52,625 bases of DNA, from assembly GCA_007132725.1 (NCBI GenBank), contig SLOD01000084.1:1-52625 (forward strand), written 5' to 3'. Below the pieces are notes generated by a model. The model was not told the origin of the DNA. It did not search any database and saw only the letters and a list, made by a program, of their open reading frames with translations. The stretch is from Candidatus Sumerlaeota bacterium. GTDB lineage: Bacteria > UBP6 > UBA1177. This document shows positions 18,182-28,066 of this stretch, piece by piece (positions within the stretch are counted from its first letter, which is position 1; every line of letters begins with the position of its first letter). Made by a program: the position numbers and the translations under genes.

Positions 18182-20144
18182 TTCTGTTTCCAAGTCTTTT
18201 GGAGCACAAAAGGTTCTTGACTCCGTTACCGGCACCATAAAAAAAGGAATAACCGCTCTGACCGGTCTGAATGGAAGTGGTAAAACAACTTTGCTTAACA
18301 TTCTTGCCGGCATAGAACAACCGGACAGCGGCACATTTGTACTTGCAAAGAACATGTCTTTGAAATACATTCCCCAAAATGCGACCTATAGCTTTAAAAG
18401 CTCTGTGATTTCAGAGGTTTCTTCTTCATCCAACCTTAAAGCAAAACGAAAAGCCCTCATAGAAAAGGAACATTCCCTGATAAAGGAACTTGAAAACAGC
18501 GATCCGGCAAAACAGGAAAATTTCTTTTTGGAACTTATGTTTGTTCAGGAAAAAATCAATAACCTTGATATTTCTATCAAAAAAACTCTTTCTCCTGAAG
18601 ATATTTTGCGAAATCTCGGTTTTTCTCCTGAATGGCTTAACATGCCTGCAAAAAATCTTTCAGGAGGATGGCAAATGAGGCTTGCTCTCGCATCTTTAAT
18701 TGCAGAAGAACCTGATATAGTTTTTTTAGATGAGCCTACAAATTTTCTTGATATTGACTGCATTTTTTTTCTTACAGACTGGCTTAAAAATTATCGTGGT
18801 GCCGGGATAGTGGTATCTCATGATAGAAGTTTCTTAAACTCTGTTTCTTCCGAGGTTTGGGAAATATTCAACGGAAAAATTACCTCATATAAAGGAAACT
18901 ATGATAACTATATTTCAGAAAGAAAAAGAAATATTGTTTTTCTTAAAAAACAAAGAAAAAAACAATTGGATGAAATTCGCAGTCTTCAAGATTTCATTGA
19001 TAAAAACCGGACAAATGCCGCAACTGCCGCCAGAGCACAATCAAGAATAAAAATACTTGAAAAAATCAAAAAAGATCTGACAGAGATACCTCCGGAAATA
19101 AATGATATGAAGATCAGGTTCCCGAATCCCGAGAAGGGGGGAGACATCGTATGTGACATCTCGGAAGTCACACACTGTTATGGCAGCACTAAACTTTTAA
19201 ACGGGCTTTCAAGAATCGTTCGGAGAAAAGAAAAAATTGCCATCGCAGGAAGAAACGGTCTGGGAAAAACCACTTTACTTGAAATTATAGCGGGAAACAT
19301 TGTTCCAGCCGAAGGTTCTGTAACAATGGGGCATAATATATCCGTTTCATATTTCAAACAGGAACAGATCAAAGATCTTCCTTTTGAAAAAACTGTTCTT
19401 GAGTACATGGAATCAATAACTCCCTACTCTCATTTCGGCTCTATAAAAACAATTCTTGGATCTTTTCTTTTTTATGAAGATTCCTGGGAGAAAAAAATCT
19501 CAATTTTAAGTGGCGGAGAAAAAATGAGACTTGCCCTTATTAACCTTATGCTTAATGCCGGAAATCTCATCTTGATGGATGAGCCCACATCTCATCTTGA
19601 TATAAACTCAAAAGAAGTCCTTATTAAAGCTCTTAATAATATTGACTCAACTCTTTTGTTTGTTTCCCATGACCGTTATTTTATTGATTCAATATCAACT
19701 TCTGTAATATATTTTTCTTCTATTCAAAAAATAGATAAATTTGATGGAACTTTAAGCGAATATATTGAGTTCCGCTCCCGTCTTGATTCCGGAGAGTTTT
19801 CAAACAGAAAAGAAAAAAACAGTCTATGTGCCGGAAGCAATAGTAAAAAAAGGTTTGTCTCAGGAGAAGATAAGAAATATATTGAAATGAAAAAAAAGAG
19901 AAATCTCATAAGTAAAATAGAGAAAAGAATAGATGAGGCAGAAAAAAAAATAATCCTGACTGAAGAAAAAAGAAATAAAATAATAGAAAAAATAAACACA
20001 TGTGATGGTAATATCACCGAGTTATCCATTAATCTTAAAAATATTGACTTTTTTCTTGAAAAACTGGTTAATGATTGGGAAAATGATGTTGATGAACTTG
20101 AACGAATTAAAGCTTTAAGCAAGCCTTTTTCGCAGGAAAAGTGA
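18168..20144 (+). CDS. ABC-F family ribosome-associated ATPase
   Basis: Two ABC domains (GLNGSGKTT/LSGGWQMR/LDEPTN and GRNGLGKTT/LSGGEKMR/MDEPTSHLD), YKGNY linker, no TM segments, coiled-coil C-terminus. Confidence 0.93.
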   Translation: MIYIDSVSKSFGAQKVLDSVTGTIKKGITALTGLNGSGKTTLLNILAGIEQPDSGTFVLAKNMSLKYIPQNATYSFKSSVISEVSSSSNLKAKRKALIEKEHSLIKELENSDPAKQENFFLELMFVQEKINNLDISIKKTLSPEDILRNLGFSPEWLNMPAKNLSGGWQMRLALASLIAEEPDIVFLDEPTNFLDIDCIFFLTDWLKNYRGAGIVVSHDRSFLNSVSSEVWEIFNGKITSYKGNYDNYISERKRNIVFLKKQRKKQLDEIRSLQDFIDKNRTNAATAARAQSRIKILEKIKKDLTEIPPEINDMKIRFPNPEKGGDIVCDISEVTHCYGSTKLLNGLSRIVRRKEKIAIAGRNGLGKTTLLEIIAGNIVPAEGSVTMGHNISVSYFKQEQIKDLPFEKTVLEYMESITPYSHFGSIKTILGSFLFYEDSWEKKISILSGGEKMRLALINLMLNAGNLILMDEPTSHLDINSKEVLIKALNNIDSTLLFVSHDRYFIDSISTSVIYFSSIQKIDKFDGTLSEYIEFRSRLDSGEFSNRKEKNSLCAGSNSKKRFVSGEDKKYIEMKKKRNLISKIEKRIDEAEKKIILTEEKRNKIIEKINTCDGNITELSINLKNIDFFLEKLVNDWENDVDELERIKALSKPFSQEK

Positions 20145-20145
20145 A

Positions 20146-21489
20146 ATGTGGAACCGGATCGTAGAAGAATTAAAAAAAACCAACAGCGAAGGAATAATAA
20201 ATGCTTTCATAAAACCGCTCTTTGTAATAAAAGAAGACCGTGAAAAAATAATTGTCGGATGCCCAAGTGAACAAATACTTCATATTCTTAAAAAACAGGG
20301 CTGGGTCAACCAGATAAAAGGCCTTGCTCCCTATCTTTTTGATGAAACGACAACTGTTGATTTTGTGATCCAGCATGTTGAACCGGAAGAAAATTTACAA
20401 CCTCCCCTCCCATTTAACGGAGATAAACATAAAAAAAGTTTAGAAGTGGAAAGCTCTAAAAATATTATTTCAAAAGAATTCACCTTTGATAATTTTGTTT
20501 CAGGACCGTCAAATCAAACTGTTTATGCTGCATCCATGGGAATAGCCCGAAATCCCGGCACTAATTACAATCCCTTTTTTATATACGGCGATTCCGGTCT
20601 GGGAAAAACCCATATTATTCAGGCAATAGCCAATCATGTCATGAAAAACAAAAATATGTCTGTCTGTTATATGACTGCTAAACAGTTAATGATGGATTAT
20701 ATATCATCTCTTTCCGATAACAGCACCGATAAATTCAGAAATGAAGTAACCGGATACGACATGCTGTTAATAGATGATATTCAGTTCCTGTCAAAAAAAG
20801 CGGCAACACAGGAAGAGTTTTTCAACATATTCGGCTCCTATCATACCAAAGGAAAACAAATAGTTCTCACATCAGACAGATACCCTTCTGAAATAAAAGA
20901 TATAGACAACAGACTTGTCAGCAGATTTATAATGGGGGTAACACTTGATATAAAACCTCCTGAGTATGAAACAAGATTGGCTATTGTAATGAAAAAAGCT
21001 GAGCTTTATAAAATGAAAATAGACGACGAAGCCGCTAAGTTTGTCGCAGTCAATTTAAAAAACAATGTAAGAGAGCTTGAAGGTGCTCTTAAAACATTAC
21101 AAATATCTTCCGAACTTATGGGTATAGAAACCATATATAAATCTTTTGCGGAAGATATCTTAAAAGACATGATAAAAAAGAAAAGCAGTATGGGTCCTGA
21201 TCAGATAATAAAAATGACATCAACTTATTTAAATGTAAAAGCAAATGAAATTGTTTCAAATAAAAGATCTAAACAGATATCTCTCTCACGACAAATAGCG
21301 ATGTATCTCATAAAAAAATATACTTCCGTTACACTGAAAAATATAGGCAACATCTTTGGAGGTAGAAATCATGCTACTGTAATATCCTCTATTTCCAAAG
21401 TTGAATTTATGATAATGAACGATGCTAACATAAAGAAAATAATTGAAAAACTGGAAAGAGAAATAGAGGAATCCATCAATGTTTTTTAA
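20146..21489 (+). CDS. dnaA: chromosomal replication initiator DnaA
   Basis: FTFDNFVSGPSN, YNPFFIYGDSGLGKTH, LLIDDIQF, TQEEFF, TSDRYP, RLVSRF, NVRELEGAL, domain IV RQIAMYL..FGGRNHATV. Confidence 0.98.
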   Translation: MWNRIVEELKKTNSEGIINAFIKPLFVIKEDREKIIVGCPSEQILHILKKQGWVNQIKGLAPYLFDETTTVDFVIQHVEPEENLQPPLPFNGDKHKKSLEVESSKNIISKEFTFDNFVSGPSNQTVYAASMGIARNPGTNYNPFFIYGDSGLGKTHIIQAIANHVMKNKNMSVCYMTAKQLMMDYISSLSDNSTDKFRNEVTGYDMLLIDDIQFLSKKAATQEEFFNIFGSYHTKGKQIVLTSDRYPSEIKDIDNRLVSRFIMGVTLDIKPPEYETRLAIVMKKAELYKMKIDDEAAKFVAVNLKNNVRELEGALKTLQISSELMGIETIYKSFAEDILKDMIKKKSSMGPDQIIKMTSTYLNVKANEIVSNKRSKQISLSRQIAMYLIKKYTSVTLKNIGNIFGGRNHATVISSISKVEFMIMNDANIKKIIEKLEREIEESINVF

Positions 21490-21662
21490 CAAATGTTATA
21501 AACCGGAGTGTTGAAAAAATGTTTATTTTATATTCAACAGGTTCCATCTTCTTTTTTCAACATTCAGATAAGATAAAACTTTTATTGTTTCAGTATGTTA
21601 TTAACTTATCAACAATTTTACTTTTATTATTATTAATAACTTTTTAACTTAAGGAGAGAATA
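21490..21662. other. candidate replication origin oriC (dnaA-dnaN intergenic region)
   Basis: Very AT-rich 173-bp gap with repeated DnaA-box-like 9-mers: TTTTCAACA (21509-21517 on the minus strand; 21554-21562), TATTCAACA (21531-21539), TTATCAACA (21606-21614). A trio-like tract TAC TTT TAT TAT TAT TAA TAA follows (21619-21639), and parS is nearby. Confidence 0.8.
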
Positions 21663-22805
21663 ATGATTAAATTACTGTTCAAAAGAGAAAAATTATTGAA
21701 AGCAGTTGACTACTGTATCGGTTCAATAGAGAAAAAAAATACCATGCCGATACTTAGTCATATTCTGTTCAGCTTCAAAGATGACAAATGTACCCTTATA
21801 TCAACAAATCTGGAAACAACAGTGATAGCAAATGTTGATCTTGCTGAAAAAACGGAAGAGGGTAAAATTGCAGTTCCTGCTAAATATATTCATGACATAT
21901 GTAAAGTGGGAAGAGGAGACAGTATAAACTTTAAATATGATAAATCATCTAATGTGCTTGATATAACTGCAGAAAAAACTAAATATGTTGTTCCTTGTTC
22001 TGATGCTGATGATTTTCCTTCAGTAGCTAAAATAAAAGAAAGTGATAAAAGTATAAACATTCAAAGACTTATATCATCTTTTAAAAAATTACAGTTTTCC
22101 ATGACCGAACAAAATGTTAATAAAGCTTACTCCGGTGTTTTGATCAACAAGGTTACAGAAGATGAAAAAGTTGTAATTGAAATGGTTACTACAGATATTC
22201 ATCGTATTTCTGTTGTAACTCTAAAAGATTTTAATATGGATCTTGAGGGTATTGAGAACGGTATAGTGATTCCAGGAAGAAATTTTTCTGAAATGGCTAA
22301 AATATTTGATGATTCCAAGGAAGCTAAAGTATCGTTAGAAGATGATAAGATATCTTTCAGTAACGATGAAGTTACCTTTATTTCAAGATTACTTAAAAAT
22401 GAATTTCCAAATTACAGAACAGTTATAGGAGGATATTCAACTTTAGTTTCAAAAGAGTCATCTGTCATTAATAAAAAGGAACTTATTGAAGGTGTAAGGA
22501 GGGTTATAGCTTTAAGCTCCGATGACAAGATATGGGCTACAAAATTCAGTTTTAAAAATTCTGTTTTAAGTATGACGGCAAATGCTCAGTTCGGTGGAAA
22601 TTCAAAAGATGAAATACTTGTTCAAAAGCCGTTTACAGATGACAAAGATGTTGGGATAAATGCCAGATATTTAATGGATGTATTATCTGTTCTTGATAAA
22701 AACGAAACCACAATGATAGTTGAAGAAGGATTGAAACCTTTGACTATAATTGAAGAAACAGACAATTATAATTATATTCATATGGTGATGCCATTGAGAA
22801 TCTGA
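21663..22805 (+). CDS. dnaN: DNA polymerase III beta sliding clamp
   Basis: TMPILSHIL, STNLE, DDFP, TTDIHRI, SRLL..EFPNY, NARYLMD, C-terminal VMPLR; follows dnaA. Confidence 0.96.
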   Translation: MIKLLFKREKLLKAVDYCIGSIEKKNTMPILSHILFSFKDDKCTLISTNLETTVIANVDLAEKTEEGKIAVPAKYIHDICKVGRGDSINFKYDKSSNVLDITAEKTKYVVPCSDADDFPSVAKIKESDKSINIQRLISSFKKLQFSMTEQNVNKAYSGVLINKVTEDEKVVIEMVTTDIHRISVVTLKDFNMDLEGIENGIVIPGRNFSEMAKIFDDSKEAKVSLEDDKISFSNDEVTFISRLLKNEFPNYRTVIGGYSTLVSKESSVINKKELIEGVRRVIALSSDDKIWATKFSFKNSVLSMTANAQFGGNSKDEILVQKPFTDDKDVGINARYLMDVLSVLDKNETTMIVEEGLKPLTIIEETDNYNYIHMVMPLRI

Positions 22806-22816
22806 TCATTAAATGA

Positions 22817-23839
22817 ATGAAAATATTCGATATATATCTTAAAAATTTTAGAAAATTTGATAATTTTAATATTTCTTTTGATGATAAGTTTTTTATAGAG
22901 GGATTAACAGGTTCTGGAAAAACATCAATAATTGAAAGCTGTTACATATCATTAAGCGGTAAATCTTTCAGGACATCTTATTTAAAAGATGCTGTAAAAA
23001 ATGAAAATGAAAATTTTTTTATAAAGTGTACAGTAGAAGATGGAGATAAATATAAAAGAGTTTTATCTACCGGTGTTGACAGCTCAGGAAAACGCAAAAT
23101 ATTCATTGATGGAATTTTAAAAACAAGAAAAGAACTGGTTAATATTGTAACATCGGTTGTTCATACTCCGGATGATATTAATATAATTGATGGTTTTCCT
23201 TCCAAAAAGAGGGATTTTCTTGATAAAACCGCATTTATTGAAGAGAAAGGTTATTTTGATGATCTTTTAAACTACACAAGATTCATTAAACAAAAATCGG
23301 CATCATTAAAAAGATCAAACAAAAAAGCTGTAACATACCTTAATGAGGCATCTGTTCCCCTCATAGACAAAATAAGGAAAACAAGGAGTAAAATATGTGA
23401 TGAAATAAACAAAGAATTTCAGCATGTTTCTCAAAATATTTCCCCATCTCTATTTTTTGATATATCTTCTCCTGTTGATGATAAAACTGAAGAAAAATTA
23501 TATCTGAAACTTGACAAAGAATTAGAGAAGGGGCATCCTCTTTATGGACCTCATCTTGATACAGTAACTATTAAAACTCAGACTGGAGAATCAAAAAACA
23601 TGTCTATGGGAGAAAAATATTTAATATCTGTAATGCTTAAACTGTCAGAACTCTCTCTTCATTCAAAAAAAGGAGTGTATCCGTTGTTTTTTATGGATGA
23701 TGCTTTTGTATTTCTTGACCGGGAAAAAAGAAATCTTCTTTTTGATGCTGTAATGGATTTAAAAAACCAAGTTATTATGACAAGTTCTGTTGAAAGAGAC
23801 TATAAATCGGACAAACTGACCACATTTAATATTGTTTAA
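22817..23839 (+). CDS. recF: DNA replication/repair protein RecF (divergent)
   Basis: LKNFR, Walker A GLTGSGKTS, GKSFRT, KRDFLD, GPHLD, signature SMGE, Walker B FMDD; lies after dnaN. Confidence 0.88.
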   Translation: MKIFDIYLKNFRKFDNFNISFDDKFFIEGLTGSGKTSIIESCYISLSGKSFRTSYLKDAVKNENENFFIKCTVEDGDKYKRVLSTGVDSSGKRKIFIDGILKTRKELVNIVTSVVHTPDDINIIDGFPSKKRDFLDKTAFIEEKGYFDDLLNYTRFIKQKSASLKRSNKKAVTYLNEASVPLIDKIRKTRSKICDEINKEFQHVSQNISPSLFFDISSPVDDKTEEKLYLKLDKELEKGHPLYGPHLDTVTIKTQTGESKNMSMGEKYLISVMLKLSELSLHSKKGVYPLFFMDDAFVFLDREKRNLLFDAVMDLKNQVIMTSSVERDYKSDKLTTFNIV

Positions 23840-23856
23840 TAGAATAGGAGAAAATT

Positions 23857-25641
23857 ATGAGTTTTTTAAAAAAGATCATTTTTAGATTTTTAATGATGGT
23901 GGGTCTGCTCACGATCGTTATGGCAATTTCAGCCATCTTTATTTTAAAAAATGTTATTTCAATGAGAAAAAGTATTGATGAAGATACACTACTCCATTTA
24001 AATGTATCTGCAATAAGTGGAGATGTCACAACAGACTCCGGTTTTTTTGCATTTGAAAATATGTTCAGCAACCGGGTTTCTCTTATAGACACACTTCAGC
24101 TTATAGAAAATGCAGCTGAAGATGAAAATATTACAGGTATATTTGCTGATGTTTCATCTGTGCCGTTAAGTTTTTCACAAGTGGAAGAACTGAGAAATGC
24201 CATAGAAAAATTTAAAAAGAGCGGAAAACCTGCTTATGCATGGGGCGACAGTTTTGGTGAAATAGAAAATGGAACTAGACATTATTACCTGGCTTCTGTA
24301 TTTGATAAAATTTATACACAACCTTCCGGTATGCTTGGGCTTAACGGTTTAAGTAGCAGCTCAATATTTTTTAAAGGAGCTCTTGAAAAACTTGAAATTG
24401 AACCGATAGGATCAAAAAGAGAAGAATATAAAACATATTGGAACATGTTCACCGAAGAAAAATATACAAAAGAACACGAAGAAGCCGTAACAGGAGTTCT
24501 GGATTCAATTTTTAATAAAATAGCATCAGATATTTCTGTTTCAAGAAATATCTCAAAAGAAAAGGTATATAAAATAGGGGACTCTATGCCTTTAACGGCA
24601 GAAAAGTCAATGAAGTATGGTTTAATAGACGGTATTAAGTACAGAGAGCAGGTATTGGAAGCTTTGAAAACGGAAACGGGTTATAAAAAAAGAACCTCTG
24701 TCGGATATTACAGAGATGTTGTTTTTTCAGAAACAAGAAAGATAGAGTCAAAAATAGCATTGATAGAACTTCCCGGAACCATACACAGAGGAGCAAGTGA
24801 TATAGGACCCTCCGGATATCATCAGTCAAGTGGATCTTCAACAATAACCGGGATGATCAGAAGAGCCGTTAAAGATGAAAATGTCAAAGGAATTATTTTG
24901 AGAGTAAATTCTCCGGGAGGTTCAGTTGTAGCCTCTGAAACGATCTGGAATGAAATAAAAGAAATAGTAAAAGAAAACAAAAAGCCGATCATTGTTTCAA
25001 TGGGAAGCGTTGCTGCATCCGGAGGATACTATGTTTCGATGTCTGCTGAAAAAATATTTGCAAATGACTGCACCATAACGGGGTCTATAGGGGTTATAAT
25101 GGGTAAATTTTATATGAGAGATTTTTTCAAAAAGCTCGGCATAACTTTTGACGCAGTTTCAACTGGAAAAAACACAAGAATCTATTCACCTATGACAAAG
25201 CTTGATGATATACAGAAAGAATACCTTGAAAAGTCTTTGGACAACATATATGAAACTTTTGTCAAAAGAGCTGCTGATGGAAGAAAAATGGAATACAGTG
25301 AAATGGAAAAGAATGCTAAAGGGCGTGTCTGGACAGGGACTGATGCCAAAAAAAGAAATCTCGTGGATGAAACCGGGGGTTTTATGGAAGCCTTAAGCTA
25401 TATAAAAAACCGTTTTCCTGATATTGAAGAATTTGCCGTAGTGAAATATCCAAGACCGGAAAGAGTTCTTGCAATACTTCTTGGAAGAGATGACATTGCT
25501 TATGAACAAGAACGATTCTCAAGTAGATTTATAAGGAATATCAACGGTTTAGCGTCATTTTATCTTCAACTTCAAAGAAGTATGTTTTTAAAAGATGACG
25601 AGTTATTAAGATTGGAAGATAAAAGGATTCCTGTTAAATGA
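23857..25641 (+). CDS. sppA: signal peptide peptidase SppA (67K type)
   Basis: N-terminal TM, YYLAS, LRVNSPGGS, VSMGSVAASGGYYVS, TITGSIGV, AKGRVWTG. Confidence 0.93.
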   Translation: MSFLKKIIFRFLMMVGLLTIVMAISAIFILKNVISMRKSIDEDTLLHLNVSAISGDVTTDSGFFAFENMFSNRVSLIDTLQLIENAAEDENITGIFADVSSVPLSFSQVEELRNAIEKFKKSGKPAYAWGDSFGEIENGTRHYYLASVFDKIYTQPSGMLGLNGLSSSSIFFKGALEKLEIEPIGSKREEYKTYWNMFTEEKYTKEHEEAVTGVLDSIFNKIASDISVSRNISKEKVYKIGDSMPLTAEKSMKYGLIDGIKYREQVLEALKTETGYKKRTSVGYYRDVVFSETRKIESKIALIELPGTIHRGASDIGPSGYHQSSGSSTITGMIRRAVKDENVKGIILRVNSPGGSVVASETIWNEIKEIVKENKKPIIVSMGSVAASGGYYVSMSAEKIFANDCTITGSIGVIMGKFYMRDFFKKLGITFDAVSTGKNTRIYSPMTKLDDIQKEYLEKSLDNIYETFVKRAADGRKMEYSEMEKNAKGRVWTGTDAKKRNLVDETGGFMEALSYIKNRFPDIEEFAVVKYPRPERVLAILLGRDDIAYEQERFSSRFIRNINGLASFYLQLQRSMFLKDDELLRLEDKRIPVK

Positions 25642-26849
25642 AGATATATCAGGTAGGGGGATCTGTAAGGGATAAAATTTTAGGGCGGAATAAATTTTCA
25701 GACAGAGATTTTGTTGTTGTAAATGCAACAGTCGATGAATTTTTAAAAAAGTATCCTTGTGCAAAAAAAGTGGGATCTGATTTTCCTGTTTTTCTGGTTG
25801 ATAATGAAGAATATGCTTTTGCAAGAAAAGAAAAAAAAGTTTCCGCGGGACACAAAGGTTTTGAAATAGTTGCAGACCCGGATGTTACTTTGGAAGAAGA
25901 TCTTAAAAGAAGAGACATTACCATTAATGCAATTGCCGAAGATATTGAAACCGGAGAACTGCTTGACCCTTGTAATGGAATAAAAGACATTGACAGAAAA
26001 AGGATCGTTCATATTACCGATGCTTTTGCAGAAGACCCTCTCAGGGTTTACAGAGTAGCCCGGTTTGGAGCGGTTTTTCATGATTTTTCTATTGACTCCT
26101 CAACAGTAAAATTAATGAATTCATTAAAAAACGAATTGGAAGAACTGCCTGTTGAAAGAGTTTGGACAGAATGCAGGAAAGCACTTTCAAGCGAAGATCC
26201 CGCCCGGTTTTTTGAGTTACTAGTGGAGGCCGGTGTTTTGGAGGTTCATTTTAAAGAGGTGCAGAAGCTTGTCAAAGTTCCGGCGGGCCCCCAAGAATAC
26301 CATCCTGATGATATTGACACATTCCATCATACCATGAAAGCTTTAAGAAGAATTTCTGATAAAGAGAAAGGGACAGATCCTCAAATAGCTTTTTCTGTAC
26401 TGTGTCATGACCTGGGAAAAGGTTTAACTGACCCTGAAAACCATCCCCATCATTACGGTCATGACAAAGAGGGGGTTAAAGAAGTAAAGTCCTTTTGTGA
26501 AAGACTTAAAACACCGTCCAGCTATTTAAAATGTGGAACAATGGCATCGAGATATCATCTTGTTTTAGGAAAAATAAAAGAACTCAGACCGTCAAAAGCT
26601 GTAAATGTCCTTTCAGAGCTTCGCCTTTTTCCTGCCGGAGGAATAGAAGGTTTTTTGAAACTGGTGTATGCTGACAGCGGTGAAGATGTTGAAGAGCTAA
26701 AAAACTTTATAATAAAAGTGATACCCGCTCTTGATGTAAAACTTCCTCAAAAATGGAGAGACCGCGGATTGAAAAGCAGAGAAATACACTTGCAATTAAA
26801 AGCAGAAAAATATAAAGAACTTAAAAATAAAGACGGGAGAACATTATGA
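25638..26849 (+). CDS. cca: multifunctional CCA tRNA nucleotidyltransferase with HD domain
   Basis: YQVGGSVRD, DRD, EEYAFARKE, LEEDLKRRDITINA, EDPLRVYRVARF, ERVW, HDLGK. Confidence 0.93.
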   Translation: MKIYQVGGSVRDKILGRNKFSDRDFVVVNATVDEFLKKYPCAKKVGSDFPVFLVDNEEYAFARKEKKVSAGHKGFEIVADPDVTLEEDLKRRDITINAIAEDIETGELLDPCNGIKDIDRKRIVHITDAFAEDPLRVYRVARFGAVFHDFSIDSSTVKLMNSLKNELEELPVERVWTECRKALSSEDPARFFELLVEAGVLEVHFKEVQKLVKVPAGPQEYHPDDIDTFHHTMKALRRISDKEKGTDPQIAFSVLCHDLGKGLTDPENHPHHYGHDKEGVKEVKSFCERLKTPSSYLKCGTMASRYHLVLGKIKELRPSKAVNVLSELRLFPAGGIEGFLKLVYADSGEDVEELKNFIIKVIPALDVKLPQKWRDRGLKSREIHLQLKAEKYKELKNKDGRTL

Positions 26850-28066
26850 ATCCAAAAAAGTTCACAAAAAAAATGAATCTTGGAACATGGATAATTTTTG
26901 CAATGTTTGCAGGTATCGTTGCAGGAGTTTTAATGGGTCAGAGTGCGGAACTTTTCCGCCCACTTGGAGAACTTTTCATCAGGCTTATAAGAATGCTTGT
27001 GGTTCCACTGGTGGCATTTTCGATCATACTGGGAGCAAGCAGTCTCGGGGATGCCAGAAGTGCGGGAAAAGCGGGAATATTGACTTTTGTTTACTATCTG
27101 ACAACTACAGCTTTTGCTGTTGTCCTGGGACTTATTGCAGGATCTGTTTTTGAGCCCGGAAAAGGACTTGAAGTGGCTCAAATTCAAATGATGTTCAGTG
27201 ATGAATACGCTCAAAGAGGAGCAACTCCCGGTTTTTGGGACACTGTTCTTGGTTTTGTGCCTGTAAATCCTTTTGAAGCTCTGGGAGAGGGGAACATTCT
27301 GCAGGTGCTTTTCTTTTCTTTATTTTTCGGATTCGGGCTCAGCCGCATTTCTCATGAAAAAAAAGCGGCTGTTATCAGTCTGGTATCAACGGTCAACGAT
27401 GTTCTTATCTGGATGATAATGAAGGTTATGTGGACAGCTCCTATCGGAGTGTTTGCTTTAATGGCTGATGCTGTCGGGACTTTCGGTTGGGACATCCTTG
27501 CTTTGGTTTTGAAGCTGCTTCTTGTTTATGTGGCGGTTTTGTTAGCTCAGACCTTTGGAGTTTACCCATCCATGGTTAAAATATTTTCAAAAATGTCCCC
27601 CCTTCACTTTTTAAAAAAAATATCCAAAGCCCAGATAGTTGCACTTTCGACATCAAGTTCAATGGCAACCCTCCCTGTAACAATGAAAGTCTGTGAACAT
27701 GAGCTGGATGTTTCAAAAGAAACAACATCTTTTGTTCTTCCTCTTGGGGCAACTATAAATATGGATGGAAATGCAATATATTATGCTCTTGCGGCCCTGT
27801 TTTTTGCCCAGCTTTTCGGAATAGAGTTGGGCATGGCTCAATATGTTGCTATTATTCTGACAGCAACCCTTGGTTCTATCGGGCAGGCGGGAGTTCCCGG
27901 CCCGACCCTTCTTGTTGTTGCTGTGCTTTTAGCCGCCGATATTCCAATAATAGGGCTTCCCCTTCTCTTTGGTGTTGACAGGATTTTTGATATGCTTAGA
28001 ACGGCTGTTAATATAACAGGAGATGCCAGTTGTGCAGTAATTGTCAATGAAAAACTGAAAAATTAA
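26846..28066 (+). CDS. dicarboxylate/amino acid:cation (DAACS) symporter
   Basis: FIRLIRMLVVPLV, STSSSMATLP, LPLGATINMDG, GQAGVPG, DRIFDMLRTAVNITGD. Confidence 0.93.
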   Translation: MNPKKFTKKMNLGTWIIFAMFAGIVAGVLMGQSAELFRPLGELFIRLIRMLVVPLVAFSIILGASSLGDARSAGKAGILTFVYYLTTTAFAVVLGLIAGSVFEPGKGLEVAQIQMMFSDEYAQRGATPGFWDTVLGFVPVNPFEALGEGNILQVLFFSLFFGFGLSRISHEKKAAVISLVSTVNDVLIWMIMKVMWTAPIGVFALMADAVGTFGWDILALVLKLLLVYVAVLLAQTFGVYPSMVKIFSKMSPLHFLKKISKAQIVALSTSSSMATLPVTMKVCEHELDVSKETTSFVLPLGATINMDGNAIYYALAALFFAQLFGIELGMAQYVAIILTATLGSIGQAGVPGPTLLVVAVLLAADIPIIGLPLLFGVDRIFDMLRTAVNITGDASCAVIVNEKLKN

